Part shown: positions 45,066 to 54,653 of the stretch, piece after piece | Layout: every line of letters starts with the position of its first letter | Position numbering within the stretch: position 1 is the stretch's first letter | IMG/VR virus record: IMGVR_UViG_3300033066_001236 | Direction: 5' to 3' (one strand) | Length of the DNA stretch: 56,886 nt | Source of the DNA: an uncultured virus (IMG/VR IMGVR_UViG_3300033066_001236) | Taxonomy: Duplodnaviria; Heunggongvirae; Uroviricota; Caudoviricetes | The notes under the pieces: generated by a model | Seen by the model: the letters and a program-made list of their open reading frames with translations, nothing else | What the model was told of the DNA's origin: nothing | Database searches by the model: none | Made by a program: the position numbers and the translations under genes

Positions 45066-45131
45066 TTAGTTCGAGGCCATATCTTGCAAGATGGCTTCGT
45101 CTGATCTCTTTTGTTTTCCAAAAGATTCATT

Positions 45132-45968
45132 ATGACCTCCACCGCTCAACCAACACCGTCCAGACAACATCAAGTTCTGGCCGTCGAACCCACTCGTCAA
45201 GCCGCTGCTACCCGGCAGATGGATGAACGTCAGAAGACCTTCGCCAACAAAGCCAGCCTGTACCACGGCCAAACCCGTATTCTGAGGATGTTCGGCCGCA
45301 CCGAGACCAACTCGGCTGAAATCGACGCGCTGGAAGCCAAGGACTTTATCAATACGCCCGTTCAGGCAACGGTGCGGGGCGACCTCAACTACATGGCCGG
45401 TGTCGTCGGCAGCTGGTGGGACACCTTGCATACCAAGGAACTCACCAACCAGACCGCCAAGGCGGATGTCGTCGTTGACGGTGTCGTCGTCATCGCAAAT
45501 GCCCCTGCGGTTTTTCTGCTGGGCCTGGAGAACAAGCTGAAACGACTGCGGGAAGTCTACGACGCAATACCCACTCTACCTCCGGGTTTCGAGTATGTTC
45601 TCGACCCGGAAAGTGGTGCCGGCGTGTACAAGCTCAAGGAGCCCATCAAGGACGTGAAGGTGGTGAAGGCTACCAAGCACGTCCAGCTCAAACAGAGCAC
45701 GGACAAGCACCCTGATACCTGGGTGACGACCGAGACGACCGAGAACATCGGCGAGTACACGAACCAGAAGTTCTATGGGGTCCTGTCGGTGGCGGACAAG
45801 GCCGCTCTCCTGCTGCGTTACGACAAGTTCCTGATGGCCGTCAAGGATGCACGGCAGCGGGCCAACGACGTACAAGTGGTGCAAGGAAACTCGGCAGAAG
45901 CCATCTTCCGGTATCTGCATGGCGATATGTTCAGCGCCGAAATCATGAAATCGGCGTCGGCTCTCTGA
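45132..45968 (+). CDS. Hypothetical helical phage protein
   Basis: HQVLAVE...TNQTAKADVVVDG...FLLGLENKL...IPTL.P...VKDARQRAN; host-like codon bias. Confidence 0.8.
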   Translation: MTSTAQPTPSRQHQVLAVEPTRQAAATRQMDERQKTFANKASLYHGQTRILRMFGRTETNSAEIDALEAKDFINTPVQATVRGDLNYMAGVVGSWWDTLHTKELTNQTAKADVVVDGVVVIANAPAVFLLGLENKLKRLREVYDAIPTLPPGFEYVLDPESGAGVYKLKEPIKDVKVVKATKHVQLKQSTDKHPDTWVTTETTENIGEYTNQKFYGVLSVADKAALLLRYDKFLMAVKDARQRANDVQVVQGNSAEAIFRYLHGDMFSAEIMKSASAL

Positions 45969-46025
45969 TTCATCACCTCCCAACAAAACAAGGGCAGTCC
46001 CCTTGTTTTAGCTAAAAGGACTTTT

Positions 46026-46226
46026 ATGGGAAACAAGGGAATGGTCATCGTACATAAGCCCAGCGGGCACATGTTCGCGGACAGCTTTGCTACCAACTCG
46101 GCCGAAGCGTACTTTAGATTCATGCAGATAGCGGGTAACGGGAAATACCTGGAGCTCGTAGCCAAAGCAATGGAGAAGGATGGCTACGTGTTAAAAGACA
46201 CCTCCCTAAAAGAGCTGGGTAGATAG
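46026..46226 (+). CDS. Hypothetical protein
   Basis: AAGGA RBS. Confidence 0.55.
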   Translation: MGNKGMVIVHKPSGHMFADSFATNSAEAYFRFMQIAGNGKYLELVAKAMEKDGYVLKDTSLKELGR

Positions 46227-46254
46227 AAGCCCACCTTTTTGGTATAAGTTTAAT

Positions 46255-46700
46255 GCGGTAATACGATCATCGTCCATTGTTGATGTCAGGACAAGCCCCT
46301 CTCGTGAGAGATTGGTTTGTTTGTACGTAGTCACTTGTTACGACCGCATGATGTCTTCGTGTTCCTTAAAGTGTAGAAAGTAGCAGCACAAATTTGGTTG
46401 TCGCCGGTTCGATCCCGGTCTGGCCCACCTAAGCCTTTTCAAGTAGAAGTCTTAGGGGGCCAGTAGCTCAGTGGTAGAGTGAACCTTATCTTGTACCTTG
46501 TCCCAACTGCTATCTATTCGAGATGAACGGGAACAACAAACTTCATAACTTGTAGGTTCGAGTCCTACCCCCCGCACCAAAGCTATTTGACTTGTCAGAT
46601 GTCTTTATGCGGGGGTGGCGGAATTGGTAGACGCAATCGTTCTCAAAACGATCTTACTATGATCCAGGAAGCCGGGCAAGGTTATGCCCGGCTTCCGCCT
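46255..46700 (+). ncRNA. Large structured RNA containing two circularly permuted tRNA modules (46396-46485 and 46543-46662)
   Basis: Bounded by TGGTATAAG at 46240 and a 12-bp hairpin at 46667-46696. In both modules the T-arm and 3' acceptor strand precede the 5' acceptor strand and D-arm. Confidence 0.82.
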
Positions 46701-46759
46701 TAAATACATTCGTCGAGTGTTTTTAAGTCGGAAGCCATCTTTCAACTAAAGGAAAAACT

Positions 46760-47002
46760 GTGGCAGTAATAAAAGGGGCCCCCTTGGCAGTCGATACAAG
46801 CAAGAAAGCGAAGCCGACTCAAGCCGATCTGGAGTGTCATCGTTCGTTGGATGCGTTCTGCTCTTGGATTGAACAGTTCGCAGAAGTGAACACTGGCCAT
46901 TTTGTTAGCGAAGGGGCGGCTGCAGACTTTGCTCGGCAGGCGGCTAACTACGTTAGGCTCGGAGGCTACGTAGGGGAAGTACCTCCAGAATCCACTCAAT
47001 AA
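46760..47002 (+). CDS. Hypothetical protein
   Basis: AAGGA RBS, GTG start. Confidence 0.55.
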   Translation: MAVIKGAPLAVDTSKKAKPTQADLECHRSLDAFCSWIEQFAEVNTGHFVSEGAAADFARQAANYVRLGGYVGEVPPESTQ

Positions 47003-47017
47003 GGTCTAACTGATCAT

Positions 47018-47046
47018 TTGACAGAAAGGGTCGGTTAACGTAAAAT
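47018..47046 (+). promoter_or_regulatory. Sigma70-type promoter
   Basis: TTGACA-17 nt-TAAAAT. Confidence 0.75.
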
Positions 47047-47074
47047 CGAAGTTGATTCACTCAACCTCGATTAG

Positions 47075-47659
47075 ATGGCCGATCCCCTAGACCCAACCCC
47101 TGAGACAAACGCCCAACGAGTACGTCGTCTAGCTCACGAAAAAGCCAATGACCAACTGAGAGAGAACAGGAGAACAGCTTCTCATAAACTTGAGAGGCTC
47201 ATTACCTATTCCCTTTTAGTTGAGACTGGAAGAAATACATGTTGCAGATGCGGGTGTGGCTTGACGGCTAGCACCTTCTCCATCGATCACATGGAAAACT
47301 GGCTAGACTCTGCTGACCCTCGAGGGCTCTTCTTTGATCTCAAAAATATAGACTTCTCCTGTAAGACTTGCAACAGTTCTTTCAACCGTGGCAAGTTTGG
47401 GACCAGGAATAACCCCGAGGCTCTAAAGCAGCTAGCGACTGGGTGGAAGGCTAGAAAGCCCCTACTGGCTGACGCAGAGACCTTCGGCGGCCCGGATCTC
47501 CCTCAACCCCCGAAGCCCACCTTCTCGTTTAAGAAGTGGTTTAGAAACGTTTTTAGAAAAGGTACTAGCCATGATGATCGAACTGATGTCCGAAGAGCAG
47601 CGGAACAAGGAGCGGACACAATGGAAGAAAAAGTTCGTTTTAGTGCCTCGAAAAATTGA
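47075..47659 (+). CDS. HNH-like endonuclease
   Basis: CCRCG...FSIDH...NIDFSCKTCN. Confidence 0.75.
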   Translation: MADPLDPTPETNAQRVRRLAHEKANDQLRENRRTASHKLERLITYSLLVETGRNTCCRCGCGLTASTFSIDHMENWLDSADPRGLFFDLKNIDFSCKTCNSSFNRGKFGTRNNPEALKQLATGWKARKPLLADAETFGGPDLPQPPKPTFSFKKWFRNVFRKGTSHDDRTDVRRAAEQGADTMEEKVRFSASKN

Positions 47660-47876
47660 GGTCTATGCCTCACACGTTACCGATGCCCAGGTTGCCAAGT
47701 TCTTGGGGGCACGGTATCGAACTCAAGTACCTAAACCGCCCATTCGATTTGAACTGTGGGTTTGGCTAGACTACATTCTAGTTCGCCAAGTGAAACATGA
47801 CATTTTAGGTCCTGAAGACTGGCCGTACGACATAAAGCCTTACGCTCGGTACCCTCGAGCATCTGATTCTGAATAA
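47571..47876 (+). CDS. Hypothetical protein
   Basis: Co-oriented ORF. Confidence 0.5.
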   Translation: MMIELMSEEQRNKERTQWKKKFVLVPRKIEVYASHVTDAQVAKFLGARYRTQVPKPPIRFELWVWLDYILVRQVKHDILGPEDWPYDIKPYARYPRASDSE

Positions 47877-47881
47877 TCCAA

Positions 47882-47956
47882 GCGGGTGTAGTTCAGCGGT
47901 AGAACGCTATCCTTCCACGTTAGATGTCGCCGGTTCGATTCCGGCCACCCGCTCCA
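47882..47956 (+). tRNA. tRNA-Gly(UCC)
   Basis: CTATC-CTTCCAC-GTTAG, U73, CCA. Confidence 0.92.
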
Positions 47957-47969
47957 TTTCTACTTTACA

Positions 47970-48194
47970 ATGACAAATATAACACTTTCGAAGATTCTGG
48001 AAGACTGTGCCAATTTGGCAGAAGACAAAATGACCTCGGTTGCTGAGGAGTACGACGAGGCGATAAGTAACGCTTCCACTGCGGAAGAACACGCTCTTGT
48101 CGCCCGACTCCACGAACAAATGTTAGATCAGGTTTTGAAAATGCGGGACCTCATTTCCGACTGCGGACACCGGATAAAGTCCAAGAACGTATAA
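47970..48194 (+). CDS. Hypothetical protein
   Basis: Followed by the terminator GGACC..GGTCC plus a T-run. Confidence 0.55.
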   Translation: MTNITLSKILEDCANLAEDKMTSVAEEYDEAISNASTAEEHALVARLHEQMLDQVLKMRDLISDCGHRIKSKNV

Positions 48195-48231
48195 CGGACC
48201 GACTAGGTCCTTTCTTTTTTAGGAATCCACA

Positions 48232-48792
48232 ATGCTAATTCGTGAATCCATGGTGCCTTCTGAAGTCAGGGCCAGTCTCTGGAAAATCGACCAGAGAGTC
48301 GACGAACTACTAACCTTGGTCCGGGAGCTAGAAGACACAGCCCGTGACTTAGACCATTGGCCGTTTAGGTCCACAATTCCTACTGTGATCACCGACGACC
48401 TGATAAATGCCCAAATTGAATTCACCAATGCCATAAGGTCCACTGACTCTAACTTGGGTAACCTCGCTGTCAGTCTAGGTTCAGTTCGAGACCATATCAC
48501 CGATACTCGGCGCTTCATCGGAACTTTAAGATTCGACAGCTACAACCCCGACAAGTGGATGCAACGCGGCTTCTCTAAAGGACTAAGCTGGGATTCCCCG
48601 GACAGGCCTACTCCAACTATGAGAGACGGTTTCGATATCGATACTTTGGGAGACCACACTGGTATTCGAAAGGCCCATATTGAAAAATGGCAGAAAGGAT
48701 TTGAGACGGGGTACGCTGAACGTAAGGCCCTAGGGCATGAATGTAGATTACACGTAATTGACTGGACTGGATTTTCAAATGGCCTCCTATAA
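48232..48792 (+). CDS. Hypothetical protein
   Basis: AGGA RBS. Confidence 0.6.
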   Translation: MLIRESMVPSEVRASLWKIDQRVDELLTLVRELEDTARDLDHWPFRSTIPTVITDDLINAQIEFTNAIRSTDSNLGNLAVSLGSVRDHITDTRRFIGTLRFDSYNPDKWMQRGFSKGLSWDSPDRPTPTMRDGFDIDTLGDHTGIRKAHIEKWQKGFETGYAERKALGHECRLHVIDWTGFSNGLL

Positions 48793-50431
48793 GGATTTCT
48801 TCCCGGTTACAACAACAATAACAAAGCCGAGGGCAAGTCAGCTAGCAATAATTGACCGCATACAGAAGGAGTTCGAAGCCGGGGCCCAAACCATTCTCCT
48901 GGAGGCCCCCGTGGGCTCCGGGAAGAGTGCGATAGCGGTTACTGTCGCCAAGGCATTAGGTTCGTCTCACATCATAACGCCAAGAAAGGCTCTGCAAGAC
49001 CAGTACGTTGAGGACTTCTCTCAGTCTGGTTTTGCAGTGATGAAGGGGAGGTCGTCGTATCCGTGTCATAGAGCCCCTAGCAACCGAGGCTATAGCGTGG
49101 CGAGCGTCAAGGCCCAGATAATAGAGGGAAGACCGTTTGAGCTTGATCGCTCAGAGCCGTCCTGCCTTACGAGATATTGTGGCAAGCTAAAGGCAAGGGC
49201 TCCTAACGGGGCCGATTCTCAGACGACCAGCGACTGTTCGTATCTTATGGCGATGGCTCACGCAGAGACTTCCTCTCACACCATACACAATTTCCACTCG
49301 TTTCTGTTTCAAACTAAGTACGCCAACAGGTTCGGTGCTCGGGACATAATCATCATCGACGAATGTCACGATATCGAACCGACGGCCCGAGGACTGACTC
49401 AGATAGACTTTTCTCTACCCTTTAAGATAACTGACGAGATAAAGAAAGAGCTAAATTTTAGCTCTCTCAATGAATGGGTGGATTGGTTGAAAGGCTATGT
49501 CACTAGCTTTAGTGAGTCCGAGCTAACGGACGATCCGAACGCAGATCCCGACTCCGAGTCCCAAGAACAGATAACGGAAAGAGCCGCTTACCTCAGTAAG
49601 CTCAATCGTATTGCGGAGCTTGGGGAAGCAGTCAAGGACAAGTATATTGTCTCCATGACAAGTTCCACCCATCGGGAAGAGACGAAGTTTTCTTTTATTC
49701 CCAAGGACGTCTCAGGGATCATACGGGAGAGTCTTCTGTCGTATGGAACGAAGCGGCTGCTAATGTCCGGGACTATATACAACAAACGTATGTTCTGTCT
49801 GCGCAACGGTCTGGATCCAGAGACTACAAAATTCTTGACGGTCCCCTCAACCTTCCCTGTTGAAAACAGGCCGATTTACTTCAAGCCCTCGATGAGGGTA
49901 GACACTTCTCACCGCAAGTGGGATGAGAACTTCAAGGAGGTTGTCAAGGTTTGTTCGGAGGTCATGGAAAAGTTCGATGATGCCAAAGGTCTAATACACG
50001 CTCCGTCTTACCAAGCAGGTTATTCCTTAGAGGCTGCCCTGGACCACACGGGCCGAATCATGACTCACAACTCTAGGGATTTCCCCCTTAGGCTAAGGGA
50101 ATTCTATGAGCACCCTGAGCCTCTAGTATTTGTCTCCCCTGTGTGTCAGCAAGGTGTGGACTTCAAGGATGACCGAGCTAGATTTCAAATCATACTCAGA
50201 GTCCCCTACCCTAACACCAGCGACGCCTACATGGAGCACCTGGTGAAGGAAGACTTCCCGGGTTATAACTACCGGGCTATGATCACCTTTGGTCAGCAGT
50301 GCGGGCGAGTTAACAGGTCGGAGACAGACTTCGGTGCCACTATTCTGGTGGACTCCCGATTCGAGTCTTTCCTGCGAAAGAACGATTCCTGGTGGCCCAA
50401 GAGTCTCAAGCAGGCCATTATCTACAAGTAA
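48779..50431 (+). CDS. DinG/XPD-like SF2 helicase
   Basis: PRASQ, LLEAPVGSGKS, LQDQY, KGRSSYPC, IIDECH, MSGT, QGVDF, RVPYP, QQCGRVNRSETD. Confidence 0.9.
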   Translation: MASYKDFFPVTTTITKPRASQLAIIDRIQKEFEAGAQTILLEAPVGSGKSAIAVTVAKALGSSHIITPRKALQDQYVEDFSQSGFAVMKGRSSYPCHRAPSNRGYSVASVKAQIIEGRPFELDRSEPSCLTRYCGKLKARAPNGADSQTTSDCSYLMAMAHAETSSHTIHNFHSFLFQTKYANRFGARDIIIIDECHDIEPTARGLTQIDFSLPFKITDEIKKELNFSSLNEWVDWLKGYVTSFSESELTDDPNADPDSESQEQITERAAYLSKLNRIAELGEAVKDKYIVSMTSSTHREETKFSFIPKDVSGIIRESLLSYGTKRLLMSGTIYNKRMFCLRNGLDPETTKFLTVPSTFPVENRPIYFKPSMRVDTSHRKWDENFKEVVKVCSEVMEKFDDAKGLIHAPSYQAGYSLEAALDHTGRIMTHNSRDFPLRLREFYEHPEPLVFVSPVCQQGVDFKDDRARFQIILRVPYPNTSDAYMEHLVKEDFPGYNYRAMITFGQQCGRVNRSETDFGATILVDSRFESFLRKNDSWWPKSLKQAIIYK

Positions 50432-50562
50432 ATTTCTAGTGCCATCTCTGGTATAAGAGAGGTACTAGAGCTATCCTAGATAGCTAACGAATTTAGATTG
50501 TACCGGCATAGGAGGTCATATTGAAGTAACAGATCATTCAACTTTTCCTGGAACAATAATAA

Positions 50563-50838
50563 ATGCCCTCAACCTGCAAACTCATTAGCAAACCAACTGC
50601 TACTCCACTAATCCCCGTCCCCGTCAAACCAACGGCTTATCTGTTGAGGCCACGGGACTGCTTTGTTGAAGAACAGGAGACTTTTGATCTTTCCGAGCTG
50701 ACCCTCGAGTTAGGGTTAAGCGGACTAGACCCTACTCGGGCCGAAGCTGTATTTGACCCGTACGGCGAAGAAAATCAAGACATGCAATGTATACTGCGTG
50801 TTCCGCCAACATTGGAAGTGAATGTTTTGAACGTGTGA
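50563..50838 (+). CDS. Hypothetical protein
   Basis: Downstream of TGGTATAAG at 50449. Confidence 0.5.
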   Translation: MPSTCKLISKPTATPLIPVPVKPTAYLLRPRDCFVEEQETFDLSELTLELGLSGLDPTRAEAVFDPYGEENQDMQCILRVPPTLEVNVLNV

Positions 50839-51166
50839 TTTCTGAGAAGAAACCTGACTTGCCAGCAGGCGGATCCTCAGTCCCCACAATCTTGTTAGAT
50901 CTCCTAGGGTAAGGCTACGCCCAGGGCAAGAAGTGGGTTCAAGGTGCTTCGGTTCAGATCCAAGACAGGATCGAAGCTAACCGGTGTTTTACATGAGAGT
51001 TTCTCTCGAATGGAACTGGGATAACTGGGACTACTAAGTCCTGATCTCAAGTGGGGCGGATCTGGATGAAACCCCTCTCTTTTTTTAGTATATTCAGGGC
51101 CGCATAAATGGTATAAGGTCCTTGAAGGGAATTAGCTCTTCAGATCAACAATTAGGAGTCTTCATC

Positions 51167-52066
51167 ATGTCCCGTCCCAAAGGTATTACTTCCATTCGTT
51201 GGAACCAAAACGAGCAAGCACTCGTCATCCACAACTTGGCCATTGAGCTTCTGGCCAATCCGCAGCAACCCTTCACCCGAGCGTTTGACAAGGTCCAGAA
51301 GCAATGGCTCCCGAAAGCCAGGCAGGCCAGCAAGTCAGCCGTTATCAACAGCAAGAGTCGGTACTCCGGCAGGGTCGCTCAGGAAACCCAGCGGATCATC
51401 GAGCAGCGGGCTGCAGCGAAGCTGATCGAACACGCCGATAAGCAAAGAGAGCAGGAACAACAGACCATCCAGCTGGAAGAACAAAGCCTGCTGAAGCATG
51501 CGGCCACTGCTGGAGTGGTCGGGGTACAGCCTGTCAGCAGCCCTCAACCAACCGGCTTGGCGGCCGTCGATGCCAAGATCGTGGAGCTGGCCGACCTGTT
51601 TGCGTCTTACGTCAGGACACGGCTGATTGAGCAACTGTCCAACACCCCTGGCGTGGCCCTGGCCGAGGTTGTCAAGGCAACAGCGGACAAGCTGGCTGGC
51701 GGGGCCCCGGAAGCCCCCCCTACGATACCCGTACAAGTGATCGGAGCTGCCCCGACGAAGTTGAAGGTGGGGTTGCTCGGTGCGGCGACGGCCGACGACA
51801 AGTACTTCGCAAAGCTCTCGGCTGGGCTGGAAACAGCCGTCGATTTCATTCGGGTTAAGTCTCTGGGTGATACGACCAAGCTGTGGGACTGTGACGCGGT
51901 TGTGATGTCGTCCGACGTACCGCAGGCCTGGAAAACGGCGGTCGAGCACATTGCGAAGAACGCCGAGAAGTACGTTGGCCTGGCAAGTAATCAGGTTAAC
52001 GATGCCCTGGCCGACATCTGGCTGGAACGCAACAATCGGGATCCGGTTCCAACCGTGAACGCCTAA
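51167..52066 (+). CDS. Hypothetical protein
   Basis: AGGAG RBS; promoter motif at 51109. Confidence 0.75.
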   Translation: MSRPKGITSIRWNQNEQALVIHNLAIELLANPQQPFTRAFDKVQKQWLPKARQASKSAVINSKSRYSGRVAQETQRIIEQRAAAKLIEHADKQREQEQQTIQLEEQSLLKHAATAGVVGVQPVSSPQPTGLAAVDAKIVELADLFASYVRTRLIEQLSNTPGVALAEVVKATADKLAGGAPEAPPTIPVQVIGAAPTKLKVGLLGAATADDKYFAKLSAGLETAVDFIRVKSLGDTTKLWDCDAVVMSSDVPQAWKTAVEHIAKNAEKYVGLASNQVNDALADIWLERNNRDPVPTVNA

Positions 52067-52079
52067 CCGGCGAAGAAGC

Positions 52080-52868
52080 TCACCTCCCTAGGTAAGCTTC
52101 TTTTTTACCCAAAATGTCCTTCAGCATAGCCAGACCCTCTTGGTGGATTCTACGTATCTCACTCTTGGGTAACTTCAAAGCTCTTGCCATTTCTGCGGGC
52201 TTGTGCTCTTTGCCGTCTTCGAGACCGGAAGCTCGGGCTACTATTTCTCGGTGAGGACTAGGGAGAGATGCTACCGCTTTCCAAACCTTTTCGTCGTCCA
52301 TCTGCCGCTGAACCTCTTCACCTATTACGTCAACAATGAACTCGCTCTCGTCCATGTCGTCTATGTAATAGGTCAAGTAGCGGGTTTGAGACAGCTCGTT
52401 TATATCCTTGTCAGAGGCATCCGGTAGGGCTGCCCTGAGTTCCTCGTTAGTGATTCCTGGGTTGGATTCTTTCAACTTAGCGATCTTGACCGCTAACTGC
52501 TGTTTGAGGATAGGAACCGAAACCAGTCTAACCTTCGACATCTCTTTTAGTATTCGTTGCTTCACCCACCACCCAGCATACGATAGAAACTTGTACCCCA
52601 TAGACGGATCGTACTTGTCAAACCCTACCAGTAGCCCTTCATTTGCAGCGCCTATCAACTCCCGGAACAGGGACGTGTCCCCTTTTGCAAACTTCTTGGC
52701 TTCGTTGAAAGCAAACCTCAAATTGGAGTTTATGACTTGGGTTCGGATCTCTTCTTTTCGGGCAGCAGGAGTCTTGGGGTCTTTGTATTCGGTAAATAGT
52801 CGAACTTCGTCTTCCGTGCTAAGTATCGGCTCTTTACAAATTTCTGAATAGTACTTCGATAAGTCCAT
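52080..52868 (-). CDS. Phage-encoded sigma70-family RNA polymerase sigma factor
   Basis: Region 1.2 YYSEICKEPILS; region 2 NSNLRFAFNEAKKF...ELIGAANEGL...KYDPSMGYKFLSYAGWWVKQRI; region 4 HTH. Confidence 0.9.
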   Translation of the reverse strand: MDLSKYYSEICKEPILSTEDEVRLFTEYKDPKTPAARKEEIRTQVINSNLRFAFNEAKKFAKGDTSLFRELIGAANEGLLVGFDKYDPSMGYKFLSYAGWWVKQRILKEMSKVRLVSVPILKQQLAVKIAKLKESNPGITNEELRAALPDASDKDINELSQTRYLTYYIDDMDESEFIVDVIGEEVQRQMDDEKVWKAVASLPSPHREIVARASGLEDGKEHKPAEMARALKLPKSEIRRIHQEGLAMLKDILGKKEAYLGR

Positions 52869-52923
52869 CTATACTCCTGTATAATTGTGCCCTGAGCCGA
52901 GGCACGACTGGACAACGGGCTCC

Positions 52924-52953
52924 ATCATAACCATCTTGACGTCACATGTCAAG
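52924..52953 (-). promoter_or_regulatory. Sigma70-type promoter of the sigma gene, overlapped by an inverted repeat
   Basis: Minus strand TTGACA-17 nt-TATGAT; CTTGAC-N7-GTCAAG at 52935-52953. Confidence 0.7.
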
Positions 52954-53009
52954 TCTACATGCTACTAAAGTTTGGTATAAGAACTGTACAGTTACCCACA
53001 AAGACTATC

Positions 53010-53747
53010 ATGACCCCTAACGTATTTTTTTCGTCTGATCTGCACTTCTATCACACCAACATCATCAAATACTGCAAGAGGCCTTTTGCTTCAGTTGAAG
53101 AGATGAACGAAGGACTAATAGCAAATCACAACTCTCTCGTGAAACCCAACGATGTATGGTACCATCTGGGGGACTTTGCTTTTGCCGGATCTGACGAAAT
53201 CCGACAGGTTCTGAAGCGTATGAACGGAGTCAAGCACTTCATCAAGGGTAACCACGACAAGGCCGCCAACTTCGTAGGGTTAGTCGAAAGCTTCTCCGCA
53301 GACTTGTTCCTCAAGTTTAATGGGACCCGGTATCACCTATATCACTTTCCAGTGAGCTCGTGGGACTCAGCGCATCACGGCTCAGTTCACTTACACGGTC
53401 ACTCTCACGGATCGACTAACAGCGATGGTTTACTGAGGTTTGACATGGGCGTGGACTGTAACAACATGTTCCCTTTTAGCCTAGAGCAGGTCGAAGCTTT
53501 AGTGAAGCAGCGAAGAGAGGACATTCGCGCCACCAAAGAGAACTTTACTTTGTTGAGTGGACCTACAACTCTGAGTAGGGGGACTATTACCCAGGTCAAT
53601 GACCTCTTGACAAGACTCCAGGTCGGCGGCTGTACATGCCTGACAAAGACTCCAGACATACGGCACCATGATGCCCGATGTACGTATCGGCTTGCTTCCG
53701 AGGTACACAACCTTATCAACCCAAACCTTAAAAACGGATCGGCGTAA
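53010..53747 (+). CDS. Calcineurin-like metallophosphoesterase
   Basis: SDLHFYH, HLGDF, KGNHD, HFP, LHGHSH, DMGVD. Confidence 0.9.
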   Translation: MTPNVFFSSDLHFYHTNIIKYCKRPFASVEEMNEGLIANHNSLVKPNDVWYHLGDFAFAGSDEIRQVLKRMNGVKHFIKGNHDKAANFVGLVESFSADLFLKFNGTRYHLYHFPVSSWDSAHHGSVHLHGHSHGSTNSDGLLRFDMGVDCNNMFPFSLEQVEALVKQRREDIRATKENFTLLSGPTTLSRGTITQVNDLLTRLQVGGCTCLTKTPDIRHHDARCTYRLASEVHNLINPNLKNGSA

Positions 53748-53957
53748 ACAGTAGCTACTTGTAATGGAAAAATCGTCTAGAGAACCCAAGATCAGACCAC
53801 GGCACAATTTGCCGGAAGAAAACCCTGACCATAACAAGAGGGTTAGGCAACGGATAAAACTGGACGTCAATACTCAACTATCCACGGACTCGAGTCTCTC
53901 TAGCAGTGGTCTAGAGAGCTTGGATCCCCCACCCCCCACAAAAAGAGGTTAAGAACC

Positions 53958-54566
53958 ATGCGACCAAGAGTTGTAGGACACACATTAAGTGTTGCCAAAA
54001 AGAAAGAAATAGAGGAATTCCTAAAGTCACTTAGCTATAAGGACTTTTTAAACGCTCAAGGAGATTTTTCCGCCAGTGAACTTCCACCCCTAGTTAGAAA
54101 TAGAATACGGGTTCTGGAGAGAGAATACCAAAGAAGTGACGAGAGAAGAGCTCGTGATGAACAAATGTTCAAAGCAGCGAGAGAAAGAAGGGCGGAGGAG
54201 ATGAGAGCCGCCCTTTTCGTTCTAGGAGATCTCAAAGACTTTCTGAAAGTTGGGGACTGGGTAAGCACCAGTTTTTCCAGCGGCGTAATGTATCAAGTTA
54301 TGGCAATAAAGCCGGACCATCAGTCGCTGGAGCTAGAAGATCCGAATGGAGAAAAGTACACTATAACCGTCCCAGGTATAGGTCTCAGGAGCGGTAACCC
54401 AATTCTCGAGGGTCGACACTTACCGACCCCTCTACATAATTTCGGGTCCTATTTTCAACCTATGACGTACATTAAACACGTCTTAAGCCGTCAAGACATG
54501 AAAATGTTAACCCCCGAAGAATTCTGCAAGGAGTGTATAGCTGAGGGGCAGGGGGTTTCCGCATGA
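53958..54566 (+). CDS. Hypothetical protein
   Basis: GAGG RBS; 202 aa. Confidence 0.6.
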   Translation: MRPRVVGHTLSVAKKKEIEEFLKSLSYKDFLNAQGDFSASELPPLVRNRIRVLEREYQRSDERRARDEQMFKAARERRAEEMRAALFVLGDLKDFLKVGDWVSTSFSSGVMYQVMAIKPDHQSLELEDPNGEKYTITVPGIGLRSGNPILEGRHLPTPLHNFGSYFQPMTYIKHVLSRQDMKMLTPEEFCKECIAEGQGVSA

Positions 54567-54653
54567 TGTCCTTGCCGGAACTGTTTCAATGGACACTGGG
54601 TGGTTTCTTGGGTATCGAAGTCTGGATCATCTACACACTAATAAAGGGAAGTA

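Noticed and set aside
46641..46647. Selenocysteine tRNA (UCA)
   Set aside because: The acceptor is 7 bp with a Leu-type D-arm and A73, lacking tRNA-Sec geometry. Kept only as a permuted Leu-like module.
50840..51080. Possible ncRNA between hypothetical genes
   Set aside because: Only weak, scattered complementarity, and nothing I can support.
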